Positions 61,701-64,000 of a DNA stretch of 64,000 nucleotides are shown piece after piece. A program made the translations under genes and the position numbers. The DNA is taken from the NCBI GenBank assembly GCA_964658305.1, contig OZ210884.1, positions 3,472,001-3,536,000 on the forward strand. The letters run 5' to 3'. The DNA is from Leptogorgia sarmentosa. Taxonomy: Eukaryota. Position 1 is the stretch's first letter. Each line of letters opens with the position of its first letter. The notes beneath the pieces were generated by a model. That model was not told where the DNA came from. It searched no databases and was given only the letters and a program-made list of their open reading frames with translations.

Positions 61701-64000
61701 AGGCGTTATAAAGAATGGTTAGAGTCTATGGCATCGTTTAGAAAATCTGCAAGCAATGCGCATGCCCTATTCTGGCCGCTATATCGCTATTGCGTTTCAT
61801 GCACTGTACATAGCCATGCAGTTACTTCACGGCAGCCACTATTTCATCATTATACATTTACATGGCTCTCATGATTTTACGATGGAGCAACGAAACTTTA
61901 CCAATACATTTTTAATATGCATGCATTGAAAATCATTAAAACATCAATGCATTCATATTCATATTGATATTCATATGCAGATAACGATTTCCGCCTGTAT
62001 TATTGACATTTGATACGGCTGTGGAGTGCGGAAAGAGCAACAAACCACGCTCTCAAATACAAAGGGCTACTGACTGCTTTCGTCGATAAAGCAAAACGAA
62101 TAAACGTACGATAACATGAATACTTGATTGTAAAGGGACTTCGTTGGTGCACCTCGTTGAATGATGATGATATTCGACCAGTTATGGCAAGAAATCGATG
62201 ACTGGTTTGGTGTATAAAAATTCGTATGGTAAGACTAATATTTTGTTACCGATTACTTCGTTGGTTTGTTCTGCTTTGTATGAAAATGACTCGGCATACA
62301 GAGCATATTTTCACTTGAGATAATTCTGAATATTTAGTATTTAAAACACAGGATAGAAATTGGGCTATTTTGGAAATAAAACACACCAAAATGACCGTAT
62401 ATATTAAAACATTGTTCACCCAAGCACGCATTTAATTTGAGACCATGACATGAGACATTACTACAAGCGACTATGGGAATATCAAACATCGACTGGAATT
62501 CCTTTTGAAAATGTGAGCGATGTATTATAGAAATATGAATTGGCAGATTACTAGTTGCAGACGGGACCTTTAGACTGTGTCAGTGTCTGTGTAGAAGTAA
62601 AATTCCCATGTCTTGAGATTATATATATAAGAGGTGAATATTCAAAAACCAATATTCATCGACAAGCTACCGCCTCGGTGATCAGGGACGTCGCTAGCCA
62701 GGGAGGAGAATGTGGGGGACGAGTACTGCCAGTTATTTTAATAACCAACGTCGAGATTGTTCTAAATATGATTTTAAATCTGGGGGGTACGATATGTAGA
62801 TATTTATCAGCTTTTACGACCTTTGTTAGAGTGTGCATATGTGGCTTTTAGATTTCCAAAATAGGTGCCTGAAAATGCTACAATCATCGCTATAGAGAGC
62901 CCAGAAATCAAAAATTTGCTTCACCCATATGCCCCGTGCAAGTTCCCCAGCTTCAACAAGCTGACGACGCGACTGAATTAAATGCGATGTACAGCCTGAA
63001 ATGTAATGGCCCTGCATGTAAAAATTTCACCGTTCAATTTAGTGCCAGGACATTCATGGTCAAACAACGGAGTATTTCAATGCTTTTGGTATTATTTGGG
63101 ACATCCTATATAATATAAAGAACTTGTTCCCATTCCGAATAGCGATATTTGTCAAAGGGACGCTATGGGCTCTACAGTAAGTGAGACTGGGATTCATCAG
63201 CAAAAAAACAATGTAAATGGGAATGAGATTAAGATTTGACCAGAAGAGCCACTGAGCCGACGATGGAATTTGTGCTTTGGGATTTGAACATTGTGATTTG
63301 GTCAAAATTTGGGCTGGGAACTAGGAATAGGAACCCCTCCCTTTTCAGGACCCTCTTGTTAGATTGCTTGACCAACTGAATCTTTAAATTGTAATTTGAA
63401 TAGAAACCCTGACGCATTTAAAAGTAGTCCGAAGTACCAAAGTTTCGTTTGAATATCTTTTCTATAATTATTGATCCTTGAAAGAACAAATCTCGAACTG
63501 ATAAAACTTTCTTGCCTTCTCGTACTGCGGGATATTCCAATGCAATTACATTTACAATCGCACCGAACTTCTCCGGACTGGGTCGGTCTCGCCACTTGAA
63601 TACGTCAAAATACCATGGAGCCTGGAAAATGTCTCTTGAGCCTAGAACGTCTACCAAATGCGAGTTCGTTTTGATAAAAATGAGCGTATTGCTGGCCAAA
63701 CGTATGTTGCGGACGCAAATCCCCCTTGTAAAAATCACTCGTTGATTTGAATTTGTCTGGAAAACAGATAGAAAAGTTATTACAGTTAATCCACCAAGAC
63801 AATACACGATGTGTTCTTTGCCTACTCGAATCTATTCGAATCTATTCGAATCTATTCGAATTAGCGCGATGTTTGTATTCGAATCTCTTTGTACTAGCTC
63901 AATCCAATACTGCATAAAATATAGTCAAATTGAAAAAATGGTAATAAAAATATTTTTAAATCTTCGTGAGCAAAAAAGCATTTACTTAAGAAAGGAACCC

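Noticed and set aside
63826..63861. (TCGAATCTAT)n as a heat-shock element
   Set aside because: GAA/TTC spacing does not fit nGAAnnTTCn; treated as a short minisatellite.

Overview
AT-rich eukaryotic (metazoan) genomic DNA; the repeat families and DMRT architecture suggest a marine invertebrate, probably an anthozoan cnidarian (inference). (1) 1-40863, minus strand: the 5' part of one giant intron-containing gene for a secreted protein. It has a signal peptide and NIDO domain (4 unique exons), then at least 13 near-identical ~2.7-2.9 kb genomic units. Each unit has five phase-1 exons encoding 316 aa (cbEGF-A, cbEGF-B, a VWA domain split over two exons, cbEGF-C). About 4,290 aa are visible and the gene runs off the left edge. 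(2) 41-48.9 kb: intergenic DNA with MITEs. (3) 48918-53055: a decayed DIRS-type tyrosine-recombinase retrotransposon with recognisable ITRs and internal complementary region (ICR). (4) 53703-56471, plus strand: an intact two-exon DMRT transcription-factor gene (DM + DMA + C-terminal zinc ribbon). (5) 57940-60625: a fragmented relic of a rolling-circle Rep (HUH endonuclease N-terminus + SF3 helicase) broken by nested insertions. Exon coordinates were derived by hand from GT/AG sites and reading-frame continuity; no transcript evidence was available.
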